Shown: positions 50,091 through 63,700 of the stretch, piece after piece
Numbering within the stretch: position 1 is the first letter of the stretch
How the letters are laid out: every line of letters starts with the position of its first letter
Assembly: GCA_964106645.2 (NCBI GenBank)
Contig: OZ067043.1
Reading direction: 5' to 3' (one strand)
Origin: Podarcis pityusensis
Lineage: Eukaryota
Length of the DNA stretch: 64,000 nt
Program-made: the position numbers and the translations under genes
The notes under the pieces: generated by a model
The model's database searches: none
What the model was told of the DNA's origin: nothing
The model's input: only the letters and a program-made list of their open reading frames with translations

Positions 50091-51120
50091 ATAATCCCTT
50101 CGGGTGAGATAACATTGGCTGTCATATTTCAACCTGTAAGCTGAACTTGGCTTGCTGTGGATGCCTCAAGATGTAAAGGGGGGCGGGGGGAGACGACTCT
50201 GTATATCCTTAAGCAAAGTAAGAATGGTTAGGTGATTTTCCAACAAGTTCTGTTAGCCGCTTAGAAAGATAGGGTGAAGATTGGCCTAGGCTTCTAAGAG
50301 CATTCATAGTTGCTTCTACACCCTTGGTGTCCAGGATACTGCCAGGTTAAACATAGTCTCAGCTCTTAACCACTAAGAGCTTAGTGTATAGTCTCGACTT
50401 GCACATCATACAAATAGTTTGCTTTTAAAAACAAACAAATACCACGTCTGCATTTTATCCACATACATAGTCACCCTTCATCTCAAAATCAGAAATGAAT
50501 CCAAAACTGATTCTAGGATCAGGTGTGGCATGAGTTGGAGATGGCATAGGAGCTAGCCAATAGGCACCCTCAATAGCTGACTTGTCCCCATTTACACTTA
50601 AATATTCCTGGGGGAGGCAGAAGAAAGAGCAGGAGTACTATCAAATAGCCTATGCCACTTTTAAGATATTGCATCTGCCTTTACTCAAACACAAAACACA
50701 ATATCCAAAAGTGGATATCCAATATCCCAAAAAAAGGGGGGGTGACAAATCAGAGCAATATCCCCAAAGCATAATATAGAGATGAAAAACATAGCCATGA
50801 TCTCTTATTAGAAATCACAGCAAGATTAACACTCTCCCATGCCGTATTGATGGAAAAATAATAGAAAAAGCACCCATGAATGTTTGGAATGGCACCAATA
50901 TGGAGAATACAGGTTTCTTATACAATAGTGATGAATAAGCTCACTTATTTAATCTCCTGTGAGAAGGAGATAAATGTACAGAAAGTTCTACCAGAGGAAA
51001 AGCAATGCAATTTGTCCAAAAATAAAATAAATATAGGCTACAGGACAATATCAAGAAACAGGAACTTGTTAATGGTGTAAAAGACCAGGATGAAAGCAGC
51101 TTAATAATGTAATGTAATAA

Positions 51121-51984
51121 GGGAGCAATCCTATAGCAAGATCCACTAGGATGAGTGGGGTTAGGATCCAGCAAATCTTCCGATGAATCAGGAGGTTCCT
51201 GGCACAGCTGGGCTACTCCAACATTGCTCCTCATCCTTAGCTCAGCTGGAGATAAGCCAATATCTCAGACTGACCCCATCTCAGCTTGACCAGGACCCAC
51301 CTGGCTGAGCCAAACCTAGTCGATATAAAGCTGCTGTAAGTCCCAAAAAGGGGGTATTCCACAGGTGGGACCAGAGAGAGGGGACTTAGGCTGAATCCTA
51401 AGCCTCCTCAGCAGGATCACGTGGCAACCCAGCATAATTTAAGTCAGCAAGAAGGGTGATGTAACACTATTTTAAAGCCTTACTTCTCTCCTGCTAGGCT
51501 TAGGCTGGCTCATGTGGCATTCACCCTGCCGCAGGATGGAGTTTTGATCTGGCATATTTTACGCTGACTTAACTTTACACCAGGACATGGGGTGGCGCTG
51601 TGGTCTAAACCACTGAGCCTCTTGGGCTTGCCAATCACAAGGTCGGCGGTTCGAATCCCCATGACGGGGTGAGCTCACGTTGCTCGGTCCCAGCTCCTGC
51701 CAACCTAACAGTTCGAAAGCACAAAAAGCGCAAGTAGATAAACTTGCGGGAAGGGAAACAATGTTTCCATGCTCTGCTCTGGTTTCGGTGTTCCGTTGCA
51801 CCAGAAGCGGCTTAGTCATGCTGGCCACATGAACTGGAAAAACTGTCTGCGGACAAACACTGGCTCCCTCAGCCTGTAAAGCGAGATGAGCGCCGCAACC
51901 CCAGAGTCATCTGCGACTGGACTTAACTGTCAGGGGTCCTTTACCTTTACCTTTACACCAGCTTCTTGTGTATAGGATTGCCCT
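51121..51984. mobile_element. Harbinger-like non-autonomous element hosting a Sauria SINE
   Basis: Inverted termini gcaatcctata / tataggattgc. Confidence 0.55.
51584..51950 (+). mobile_element. Sauria SINE, distinct subfamily
   Basis: 11-bp TSD ctttacaccag at 51573-51583 and 51951-51961; variant motifs gagcctcttgggcttg and ggacttaactgtc. Confidence 0.93.
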
Positions 51985-52649
51985 GCAATCCTACAGACAC
52001 TTTTTGGGACATGAGCCCAGTTAACATAGTGGTACCTACTTGCATAGGATCATGTTTTAAATTATATACCAAAGCAAAAGTTGGAATAATGTATTTATCA
52101 AATAGTAGGATTCCCTAGCAGTTTTTTTTATTTAAATCTCCAGTGGATTTTGTAAATATTTTGTAACTATAACAAGGTTTGGGTGACTGAAATGGTGAGG
52201 AGTCTAAGGCATTAGGTAATGCCCATTTTATCTCTTTTTGCCTTTTCTATCTATCTATCTATCTATCTATCTGCTGAAAAGGTAGAAATATTTCTAAATG
52301 CAAGTGTGGAATCTGCAGAAGAAAATGTTGTTTCTTACTTCTTGATCTTCATCAGAGGTTATCCATGGAAAACCTGACTGCCAATTAGAATGGTAATGAG
52401 TTCCAGTTGTATGCCAATTTGTTCAATATTATCAATTCCTCTTTTTAGATTAAAGGGTCCAGTCATTTTCACCCGTGACACACATCAATCACAGCCACAC
52501 TTGTAGTTTTTAAGGTGGCAGAAATAGTTGCAGTGTATGCATACCCATCACAAGAGTGAAAGACGATTTGGCACTAAAAGATTAACATACAGATGGTTTA
52601 TCATGCATGTTTTGCTCATAAGAATTAAGATAGTTTGGTGCAAACAGAA

Positions 52650-52845
52650 ATACAGTTCCGAGAGTGGTGCAACAATCCATCCCTCTTCCCAGGGAACTCT
52701 ATAAATTGTGGCTCTATGAGAAGAACTGGAGTATCCTAACAAATCTCGTTCTTAAATGACTACACTTCCCAGGATGCTCTGGGAGATGCCATGACTGTTT
52801 AAAGCAGCATAGTACTGCTATAAATGTATAGTACAGATGGGGCCT
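52650..52845. mobile_element. Half copy of the palindromic Harbinger-like MITE
   Basis: ctcttcccagggaactct...aaatgtatagtacagatggggcc. Confidence 0.7.
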
Positions 52846-52870
52846 AACTCATGAACATTTTTGATGGGAA

Positions 52871-54135
52871 TGTGGTAGATTTATTGAGAGCATGGTAAAT
52901 TTAGACCGCCACACTTACTGAATTAGGGCCCAGAAATCGGGTTCTCCTCACAGAGAGCATGCGTTGCAGTGAGATCACCACAACCGCTTGCTGATTGGTG
53001 GGGTGGGTATGTTTGGATAGCTACAGCTACCTGATTGGTCCCTCAGAGGCATGGGACTGCTTCTGACCAATGGGTGCTTAAATTTGCATCTTAGGGACTT
53101 TTATATACCGCTGCACAATCGCGTTGGGCTTCCTCATTTTCGCTTCGTGCACCGGATCACCCGACCACCCTTCCCTATATTTAGGGTTTGATTGACCTTG
53201 CTATACCGTCGTGGGTTGTCTGCTCTTGGGGCAGGAGCCCGGTAGCAATTTTTCCCACTTGGCCGATTGGCTGGTCCCATTTGGGTTTTGCCTACCGTGT
53301 AGCAAATCATCACAACTCTGTAAGGTTTGCGGTTAGGCATTGGTTAATGTGTGGTGGAGGGAACTAGGTGTGGCTGTGGCCTGTCCCTCCAATGGTTGCT
53401 GTGTGGGTATTCCATTAAAGGAATCCAGGGGCTCCACATGCTTTTGTCCGACACCTGAAAGGGGGATAGTAAAGGTAAAGGGACCCCTGACCATTAGGTC
53501 CAGTCGTGACCGACTGGGGTTGCGGCGCTCATCTCACTCTATTGGCCAAGGGAGCCGGCGTACAGCTTCCGGGTCATGTGGCCAGCATGACTAAGCTGCT
53601 TCTGCTGAACCGGAGCAGTTCACGGAAACACCGTTTACCTTCCTGCCGGAGCGGTACCTATTTATCTACTTGCACTTTGACGTGCTTTCGAACTGCTAGG
53701 TTGGCAGGAGCAGGGACCGAGCAACGGGAGCTCACCCCGTCGCGGGGATTCGAACCTCCGACCTTCTGATCGGCAAGTCCTAGGCTCTGTGGTCTAACCC
53801 ACAGCGCCACCCGCATCCCAAGTGAAAGAGTTGTTAGGAAAGGGGGGTAGGGCCATACAAAATCCCCTGGGAGCATTCTGGGCATGATCTTGGGATCTGC
53901 TCCCATCCCAATCGATCTCCCAGTGTGCTTACCTTTGCTGACCTCTGCGCTGGCAGTTGTCAGTTCTGTTCCTGCCTGGACAGTCCTGGACAGGTTCAGA
54001 TAGTCTGAACCAATGCCTAAGCAAACCAATCACAGCCTGTAATCAATAAGGTTGTGGCCAAAATTATGCCAAAACCTCAAACTAAAATTTGAGTCCTGTG
54101 TGAATTTATTTCTAGGCAGTTTGGGGATCTTTACA
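52871..54135 (+). mobile_element. Non-coding terminal-repeat remnant of an LTR or DIRS/Ngaro-like retrotransposon, interrupted by a Sauria SINE
   Basis: Possible TG...CA ends; ATTGG 52994 and 53034, CCAAT 53067, octamer 53082-53089, TATATA 53102-53107; internal inverted repeat 53324-53345 / 54008-54027; poly(A)-signal-like caataaggttgtggcc 54044-54059; no TSD found. Confidence 0.5.
53470..53837 (-). mobile_element. Sauria SINE, full length, with an 18-nt 5' extension
   Basis: SINE body 53470-53819; TSD gaaagggggatag 53457-53469 / gaaaggggggtag 53838-53850; extra segment 53820-53837. Confidence 0.93.
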
Positions 54136-55566
54136 CTCAAGTGACAGAACTGCACCATTCATTCTGAACAAATGACTGGCATCTGAAACAAAAGATTGAA
54201 CTTTGTGTGAATTCCAGAAATGGGCAGAGTGAAGCATAACTCATACTTCCTCAGTCACATCACCATTCCTGTGGAATGGCCTCAAGGCTGAATTGCAGGA
54301 CCTGGATGTGAACTAGGTGTGATAATGTCCCTTGTTGCCTCTACCATACATGCTCTTTTGATCACAGGGCATCTGTTACGGCACTCACAAAATACAGGAA
54401 TTGGAATCCTGTAGCCTGCTGTGCAAACTGAGAGGAGAGCAATACCAAACCCATTAAAGCCATAGGTTTTGAATCCATTCTCATAAAAGATGGTTTCAAC
54501 CTGATCAGGCAGCATTTGAACTCTCTTAGGATTCGGCTAAATTATCCCAGCTAAAGAGACTTGGACAGGAAGGTTACACCTAGATGCCAAGGTGATGGGC
54601 ACTTTAGAAATGAGATAGATTAGATAGATTAGATAGAAAGACAGGCCTAAATGTCCTACTGAGCACTCATTTGTCTGACAGCCTGGAAAATGCCAACATT
54701 CCCAGGATTCAAGAGGAAATAGAAAATTGCATCTCCACTGCAAAATGCACAACGCACCTTGATAATGTCAGTTGCTCTATGTAAAAGAAAAGCAGTTAAG
54801 TCCCAGAGCAATTTGAAATACAATAAGAAAAACTAAACAGTCCCCGCACAGCTGAACCACAGAAATCTCCAAGTTGTTCCCTTTTTTACCTCTCGATATC
54901 AGCCAAGTGATGTGACCTGTACACACTTTGACACACCAATTTTTCTTTGCCTCAGCCATGCCAAAGAGCTCCGCTGTCCATCTCTCGTTGTTGTGCTAAC
55001 ATATTTTTCTTTGTGATATCTAACTTTCCTGTCTTTGTGGTCCTGTCAAGCTGTGAGATTTCTTTTCTTTTTGTAAATTATTTTCATCCCTTTGTTTTTG
55101 TGAATGTGTGTGTGTGTGCAATCAGGCCCTACCCCCATCTGCAGTCTGAAGCGGTACAGTCTGGGCACAGTTTTGCCAGCAAGAAAATTAGATGAAATGG
55201 TGAAGAAATAAGATACACATTCAAGATAGGAATAAGCAGCCACTCACTGCAGCTCTAGGAAGGGAAGTGCTTAGAGAAGCCTTTTCCGGTCCAATAGGAG
55301 TTGCAGTCTGAAGGGCACAAGGTTGGCAAAGGCTGCCACAGACTATCTAGTACAGCAAAATGTTAGAATGGGGAACAGTCTTTAATTGACACCCACCATG
55401 TCTAGAAGAAAACACCACTAAGGGTGGTGTGCCTGGGAGCAGGGAATCTCTGGGTGGCCTTCTTGAGTTCTCAGTTTAGCTTTCAGTTTCCTCTTCCTGG
55501 ATTGCTTCTGTTTCTAACATGCAATAGCTCATCACTTCAAGTAAAGGAATCTGTACTTGCCTTATA

Positions 55567-55801
55567 CAGTCGTACCTTACTTCACGAACAACTTGGAACT
55601 CAAACACTGCAAACCCGGAAGTAGGTGAGCTGGTTTGCGAACTTTGTCTCGGTAGCCGAGTGTCTGGTGCGGCTTCCGCAGCTTCCTATTGGCTGCAGGA
55701 TGCTCCTTCAGCCAATCGGAAGCCACGCCTTGGTTTCCAAATATTTTGGAAGTCGAAAGGACTTCCGGAACGCATTCTGTTCAAAAACCAAGGTATGACT
55801 G
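55567..55801. mobile_element. Tigger/pogo-like MITE
   Basis: TIR cagtcgtacctt / aaggtatgactg, TA TSD at 55565-55566 and 55802-55803. Confidence 0.85.
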
Positions 55802-57399
55802 TAACTGTGTCTGTCTTCCTTGGGATAAGACAAAGAAACTGCTCTGCAACACCAAACTGGTAGAACTACCACAAAATTATCTCTTAAAGGGAATTTTGAA
55901 TGAATCCTGCTCAGCTGAAACATCTGTAGGGATTTTGAAGGAAGTTGGAATTTATTTATTTTTTAAAGCCAGGTGAAATTCCTCTAGTGGGGTGGCCAAA
56001 CTGAATTATATGTTGTATGTGTTTTGGTTTTACCATTAAAAACAACCACTGTCAGGCAAGAAGGAATCATGACCGAAATGGTGGAACATGGGTGCTGGTG
56101 GTAATTTTTTCACCCTGTGCTGTGATCCTGGGGGAAATGACCCCCCCCGGCTGCTATTTCCCTTGTAAGAGAAACATGCCACACATGGCAGCTTCCTTCC
56201 TATGGGAAAAGAAGCTTCAGGGGTGATTTTTCACTGGGATAGAAGCACAGAAGGAAAAGGTTACTTCTTCGCACCCCACTACCTTGGTACGTGCTACAGT
56301 ACCAGCCTTGACCCCACTCTGCACAGCGGCAGGGATTTTTAAAAGTTCCAGCTCCCCTCAAAATTTTGATTGCAATCTCTTTATGACAGATGCTGTATGT
56401 ATGAAATAGGTGCCGTCAGGTACGCAGAAGACTGCAATAAGCTCAAACCAAAATGGCAGAAATCTGTCTTGGCACATAATAGAAGCTAGCAAACCCTATG
56501 AAAACATCTGCCTAAAGTGTGGGCGTGTGGCCAATCTGAATAGAGCCCTTTGCACAACGTCTCCCCCTGTGGTGTCCCAGCCAGCCTAGCATGTTTGTAA
56601 TCCACCACAGCTGGTGCTTCTATAATTAATAGAGATATAAAAGCCCTTTTTGCAAAAGTTGTGCTTTTTTGTATTTCCCCCGCCTTCCTTTTCTTTCTTC
56701 AAGACTTGAGCAACTCCTTACCAAACACTCTGTTTATAACTTAGATAATGCATCTCCCTTCAGAATCTCAACTTTAAAGCGAACTGTTCCACATTTTTAA
56801 CAATGAAAAAAAAAAGGAGTTAAAAGCAAACATTCTTGTGGTTTTATTCTATTTTAGTCCCCTTTTACTCTACATAGCACAACAGTGGTTTAAAAAACTA
56901 AATCAGTAGTATTTTTTATCCCTTCAGATCAGGCTTCTTTTTTAAAATTCCTGATGGCACCGCATTTTCTAAAAGCCTAAGAATAGACCTGAAAATTCTC
57001 ATGCATTAGACATATTTACAAATGTCTCTATAACCATTCTTAAGTGTCTTCTGTAAAATGAAACAGGTCACATTACATTTTAATCAGGGTTTATAATCTG
57101 CTATCTAGAATTTTATGTCACTCATGAGAAATCAAACGAGTAGGTCACCATTACATCACGTTTAAAAAATAAAATAAAACAGATTTTGAGTTCAATTATC
57201 TGGATTCCTTACATTGGAACTGAAAAGTCATTGTGGGTTTATTCCTCCCAGTGAAAATTTGTTGTTCTTACACCATTTTGTACATTCCCAAGAGCAAACA
57301 TTCAACTTATGTAATTGTTTCCTATCAAAGTACGTGGAATCGGGGCATATTGTAATTCATTTAAATGAGAACAGTGTTTTGATTCAGGGTGCGGTCATA

Positions 57400-57895
57400 T
57401 AATAATAATAACAATAATAATATCTTTATTGTCATTGCCCCCTTTGGGGACAACGAAATTACTTGACTGCTCCATAAAAACACTAATTAATCAATACAGT
57501 ATAATACAGCAAGGGAGATTAGATGACTTTCAAAGTCCGGGCTTCCCATTCAGGGCCAAGATCGCTCTGGAGAAGAAGCTGTTCTTAAGACGGCTCGTTC
57601 TTGTCTTCATCGTCCTGTATCTCCGTCCCGACGGCAAGAGCTCGAAGAGACAGTGACCAGGATGCGATGGATCTTTTACTATGTCCAGTGCCTTCCTATG
57701 GCACCTTGTGGCAAAAATCTGCTCTAAGGTGGAGAGTGGGCAGCCAACAATGCTCTCTGCTGCCTTAACAACCCTGCACAACCCCATCCTGTCCTGGGTA
57801 GTACAGCTTCCGTACCACACACATAAGCCATAAGTGAGCATGCTCTCAATGGCACAGTGATAGAAGGCAAGCAGCAGTTTCTGCGGAAGATGGTT
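57400..57895 (-). mobile_element. Rex1/Babar-clade LINE 3' fragment
   Basis: ORF 57530-57904: FYHCAIESMLTYGLCVWYGS...DPSHPGHCLFELLPSGRRYR...RTSRLKNSFF; 3' end tttcgttgt...caatgacaataaa and (TTA)n tail. Confidence 0.9.
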
Positions 57896-60434
57896 TATAC
57901 TCAAGATCTAATGACCGAGGGGCTCTAGAAGCTGACAGAACACCACTCTGTCTGAACAACTTGAGATATGCTTTGAACTCCCCCAATACACCATTGGAAC
58001 ATTCCACTGCAAAGCATTTCCACCCAGGAAGATACAACAGGGGAGCACCCAAAACGGGGTGGACTCATGGGCGGGATATGGGTGGGATGAAAGAGAAACA
58101 CATTAATTCCAAACCCTATATTATGCCCCCATTGTTGATGGAAGTTTATACCAGCCCTGGACCTGGTGTCAGGAATTTTATCTCCCACCAACTTCAACAG
58201 GAAGGAGAAAACAGCTCCCACTTCCCTCCCTTTCTACCCAGGTTTTCATGACAGACCACAGTTTATGGTGCACCTCAGAACCTGATCAGAGTACAGCAGA
58301 GCCAGTATATAACCACCCACCCACCCAAGACCGGCCCACTCGTGTGGTAAAGTGAGGTGACCGCCTCAGGCAGCAGGACTCACAGGATTCAGCCTCCAAG
58401 GAACGCATCGCCTGCTGCTTCTACACTGAAGCAAGGGTGACAGCAACAACTGCAGTGGACCCCTTGGAGGCTGGATCTGCCCCATCATTGGCAACCTCCA
58501 CTCCCAATGCCACCTCTAGAGTAGCCTCTTGCAAATAGGACCTGGTCTCCCAGGTCCTAGTAAAAGACTCTTAACTACTACACCACATTGGCTCTCTTGC
58601 AAGTAAGCTGTGTCTTGGCAAAGACCAGACGCTATCATTGCTGGCCAAACACTTACGAGCTTATTTATGTAAAAAGAAAAAAAGAAAAAAAGTTAATTGA
58701 TGTGATTAAACCAATATATACAGTAACTTCAAACACAGGCTTTCCTTTTAAAAATAAATAAGTTAATAATTAGGCAGCAATCTTCTGCGTATTCAGCTCT
58801 GAGCATAGCGTAACTTTATGCTTCTGCAGATTAATGTTCATAACTTTATACTTCTACAGACTGAAACAATGGTTGCAATCTGGACTTTTTTTCAGCCAGA
58901 ACTCACTGGAACTCAGTTCTGGCACCTCTTTTACTAGAAAAATAGCACTGGTTGCAATCCAAAACTATACAGGTCTCTAATGCCCCTGTATAATTGTGCG
59001 TAGGGGTGCGCCTTCTCTTCAACATCCGAGTGAACAACAAAAAGACTCTGAACTGCTTAGTCCAGATTGTGGGATCCCCAACCAATCAAAAACCACCCTG
59101 AACCCTGCAGAAAGCCTTAACTGACACATAGCAGGGTTCCGTTTCTGCAAGAGTGACAAAAGCACCTTTCGTTGCCCAAGTGTCTAATTAAATTAATTTA
59201 AATTAATGCAGACTCAAACATTCCATTAATTAACACAAAATGTTAAGTCAAATAATACAACTTGGTCCAGAGTGGGGTTGGAGTGACGGGGGAACCCAGC
59301 CCAAGCCAACCCACATTTCCTTGTCAAAATCATCTCTAAGAGATAAGATGCTAAATGGAACTCACTTCCAAATTGTTCCTTCTCATCTGTTTCTGTCAAA
59401 CTAAATTATTTATCCATGTTTAAGATTTTCCCCCAAGATGCATTGCAGACCTCTGCGCATTTCAGACTTTCTTTAGTTATAATTAGAGACTGAAGTTAAA
59501 AGTCACAAAATCCAGATCTGAGGCTGTAATTCAGAAAGGTACTGGGGGGGAGGTGTTCTGTAACATTTAGCACACATATTAGTGTTGTTAGGATGTGTCG
59601 TATTTCAAAAAGCACTAATCATTTGAAGAGATAAAAACTTTGTGCCACTGTATTACAGCCATACAAACACATTGGTGGTCTTCTCACCTCAGATCCAATC
59701 TGCTCCACAGAGCACCAAATAACCTACTTTCTTGCTCTGCAGGGGCTTATGTTGCTGAAATGTTATCTAGAAACTGGTATGATATCATAGGCTTCAATCC
59801 AAAATTTTGCTGTATGCTTTGCCATAACATATCCACGTGTGTCCCTCCTGAGTGCGGCTCCCCATGAATGTTCTCTACAGAACGTTCTCCTCAACCTTCA
59901 AGAATGTAAAAAAATTAGGAAGCTGTCTTATTTTGAGTCAGACAACTGGGCCATTTTGCTCTGCTTTATCCAGGAATGTGCAGTGACCACAAGATTTACC
60001 TTGTGTCTGTGTCTGATCTGTAACATTTCGAAGCAGCCCGCTTTCAGGTCCACAATATTTCATTCTGATTTGATCTGTTATTCAGGTTCAAATCAGATCT
60101 GTTAAAACCAAAGCTTGCTTTCACCCCTATTGAAGATAACAGGGAAATTAAAGACAACTATAGCTCCCCCCCATCCAGGGTGTTTGTGCAGAGAATATTT
60201 AAAGTTCATTTATTTATTTTTAAAGAAGAGGCTTTTTTATTTTTTGCCAGAGTTGGATGTAAGTATGGTTGTTGCTTCTGAGTAAATGAAGCTTGCCTGT
60301 GTTCAAAAAGATAAGTCCTATGATTTTTCTACAAGGGCAGAATTTACTGTTCTGGGATGGGGAAACAGAAATCACTTTCTCTCCACTCGTGGAATTTTTT
60401 TTTTTTTTTAGTGAAGACTATGAGGGAGGTTAAA

Positions 60435-60789
60435 GGACGTGGGTGGCGCTGTGGGTTAAACCACTGAGCCTGGGGCTTGCCGATCAGAAGGTCGGCGGTT
60501 CGAATCCCCGCGACGGGGTGAGCTCACGTTGCTCAGTCCCTGCTCCTGCCAACCTAGCAGTTCGAAAGCACGTCAAAGTGCAAGTAGGTAAATAGGTACC
60601 GCTCCGGCGGGAAGGTAAACGGCATTTCTGTGTGCTGCTCTGGTTCGCCAGAAAGCGGCTTAGTCATACTGGCCACATGACCCGGAAGCTGTACGCCGGC
60701 TCCCTCAGCCAATAAAGCAAGATGAGTGCTGCAACCCCAGAGTCGGTCACGACTGGACCTAATGGTCAGGGGTCCCTTTACCTTTACCT
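60435..60789 (+). mobile_element. Sauria SINE, full length
   Basis: 13-bp TSD tatgagggaggtt at 60419-60431 and 60790-60802. Confidence 0.95.
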
Positions 60790-63700
60790 TATGAGGGAGG
60801 TTCTCCTGGGTAAGAAACCTGACAAATAGGTCCAATGGTTATTGCGGTAGGTATACCTTTGTTGTGAAAAATGGGAAAATTCACTTCTTTTGCCTGCCAC
60901 CTCTCACTTGAGGACTGTAGTTTCCCCCTTAACAAATTATGGTTCCCATGATTCTTTGGGGGAAAGCTGTGTGCTTTAAATGTGCTTTGGTTGTCCTTAA
61001 AGAGTATGCTGTGGCTCTGCCCCAAGGTAGAAATGAAGGCAGGGGAGGTTAAAAAATAAATCCATTGCCATACACATAGCATCTGTGGCCTTCCCTTTGC
61101 ATCTTGGCCTCAGCCTCTACGTCACAAATCTGTTAAGAGAAAAATCTCTGCCAAAATCTTCTCAAATTAGTGCTGGTTTTAAACATGTTGGTACCTGAAG
61201 TAAAAATAAAAAAATATAAAAATAAAGTTGAAATGATGAGCCACTTTGATAGACGTATTTTAAACGACACACAGAGTTAGAGGTCAGAAAACTGAAAATT
61301 GTGCCTCCGTAAGATCTGCTCCCTGAAGCAACTGCTTCATACAGCTCCATAGTAAAGCTGGTTGTGTGACAAACACACACAGACACAAACCCATCCTGTA
61401 CCACTGCGTTCTGAGGCTCCTGTCTTGCACTGAAAAAAGCCTCAAGTGTCACAATTAGACATTTTAAATCCATATGCTTTTACGCACACTTGCTCTTCTA
61501 TGCAGTGGTGCACTGAAGGCTTGTAGCCCAGAGTAGAGCATCATCTTTGCATGCATAATCTGTGCCATCCAGTGACATAGCGTGGGTTGCCAGTGCCCAG
61601 GGCCGCACAGAGGGGTTGGTTGGAAAGGAGGGAAACTGAAGGCATGTATGTTCCAATACTTTTAAAAATATAGTTAACAATCAAAAGGGAAAGCAAGTTT
61701 ATCATCAACAGCTTGTAGACTGAGCAGACCAAAAGGTCTTCCCCACTATGTTGACATGCAGAGAGAACCTGGCACCACAGTTTTAAAAAAGTTTTTCTAA
61801 AAGCAAGGATAAAAGAAAAACCTTTTCCCCTTTGTAATGTAAGGAACCTCTTCCAAATTTTGGAGGAATTTCTTTCCCCCCCCTCCCATGATTTATCATG
61901 ATTTTGCCACCACTCGCCCACACACACACAAAAAATGGTCAGAGAAGACATTTTCAGTTTTAGTTTGCATTAGTCTTGTGTAGCTCACAATATATGTGTA
62001 CATTGTACGAGACTTTGTTTATTAGAAAAAGAAAATACGTTTTCTATGGTTTCAACCACTTTGTAGTATGAACTTTTATTGGCCCTTTTGCTGCTCGCTT
62101 TCAGAAGGTAAGGCAGGATATAATAAACATTTTAAATAAACAAATAAAAACAAATTGGTACATAAGGGACGGATATCAAGAATCAGAGATGGACATCAGA
62201 AATCTCATTCAATCTCATCATCTATATATCTATCTATCTGAAATACATTACATGAAAATAATGAAGAGTTTATCATGTAGGCAATGTTTTGTTACCATTT
62301 GACAAGAGAAAATATTTAATACCATTATTTTCCCCCCACAGCTCTGGATATTAGTTTGAGTGTCACAAATAATTAAATGCTTATGAGTAAGAGACATCTT
62401 TAGACGTTTTGACAATACGTATTAAGAGGCGCTTTAAGGGGAAATCTGCCAAGTGCAGTTTTTTTATTTGCAATACTGAACAATGATGCATTTTGATTGA
62501 GTTTATGCTATATCCCCCCTCCCTCCCTTCACACTATGGAACAAGAACGGAAGAGGATAAACATGAGGAATGAGGGAAACAGCTACCAGATTTCCAGTTT
62601 TCCAGATATCTGAATTGCTTATGTTTAGCACAGCTTGAAGGCCATGATAACTACAGTCCTGGTTTCGCCATAGATGTGGATGGATGGGGAAAGAGTTTCT
62701 GTGTCACCAGACACAAGCTGAAGAGCCATGACACACAGGCTGCAATCCAGAGCACTCCCACAGGCACGATGATGCACTCCAAGCTAGTCATGGCAGATGC
62801 AACTCAGTAAGAGCATCCTTCTTCCCCTCACATATCCAGCAGTGAAGAAGCCTGGCCTGTGTTACTGGTGTCTTGCCACATCGCCGACACAAAGTGACTA
62901 ACCCTACCTACATACACTGTGCAAGACGAAAGCTTTCTTCTGCAATCTTTAAAAGAGAGAACAGCAGCATCCGATAACTCTGTCTGAGCTTTACTGAGAA
63001 GATATGTCATGGGCATGGATGCCTGGTGAGGAACAGCATAAAGCAATGCATTGCAGGTGAGAGAACAGCTTTCAGAGCTGGGTTGGCCACTGTGCTAATC
63101 GATCTGAAGTTTTTCAGACTCGGAAACCACTTTTAATCCCAAGCTACAGAACGGGGCCCGATGTAAATATTCAGTCATGTGTCCAAGTTTATTCTCAGGT
63201 CTGTCCTTTCCTCGTATTCCTCTTCCCACCCCCCTTCCCTCTTTCTCGTTCTTCCTCCCTGTTGTAGCCCCAAAGTTAGAATGTGTTAATGTGTGTTAGG
63301 AAGTTGCAGCCTACCAGTGGGCAGTGCAGAGTGAACTGTTTCTGTATTCTAATAACGTCACAGTTATTTCTAGGTGCTTTATTTGCAGAGATCATTCCTT
63401 GTGGTCCCCTGATATACCCTGCATCTCAAATCATGGTGGTTCTTAATTCCTGGCTTGAATAGGGAGCAAAACAAAATCAGTGCGAAAGCTTAGCATATTG
63501 TTCAGCGGTGCAACCTCAAAACTATGCTGCTAGAATTGATCGAGGTATTTTGTCCGGCGCCTTAAGCTGTCCCGTTTTTTACTGAGCTATCTGCTGACAA
63601 TATTGTTAGAGTGATGCCAATGCAGCATTAATTACATTTTGCTCTCTTTTTTAGGTTTCGTGTTCCTGTATGTTTTTCCCATCATGGAACAATTCCCCAC

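Noticed and set aside
60064-60097. Hairpin tctgatttgatctg...caggttcaaatcaga as a pre-miRNA
   Set aside because: Stem of only about 14 bp, too short, and no known miRNA recognised
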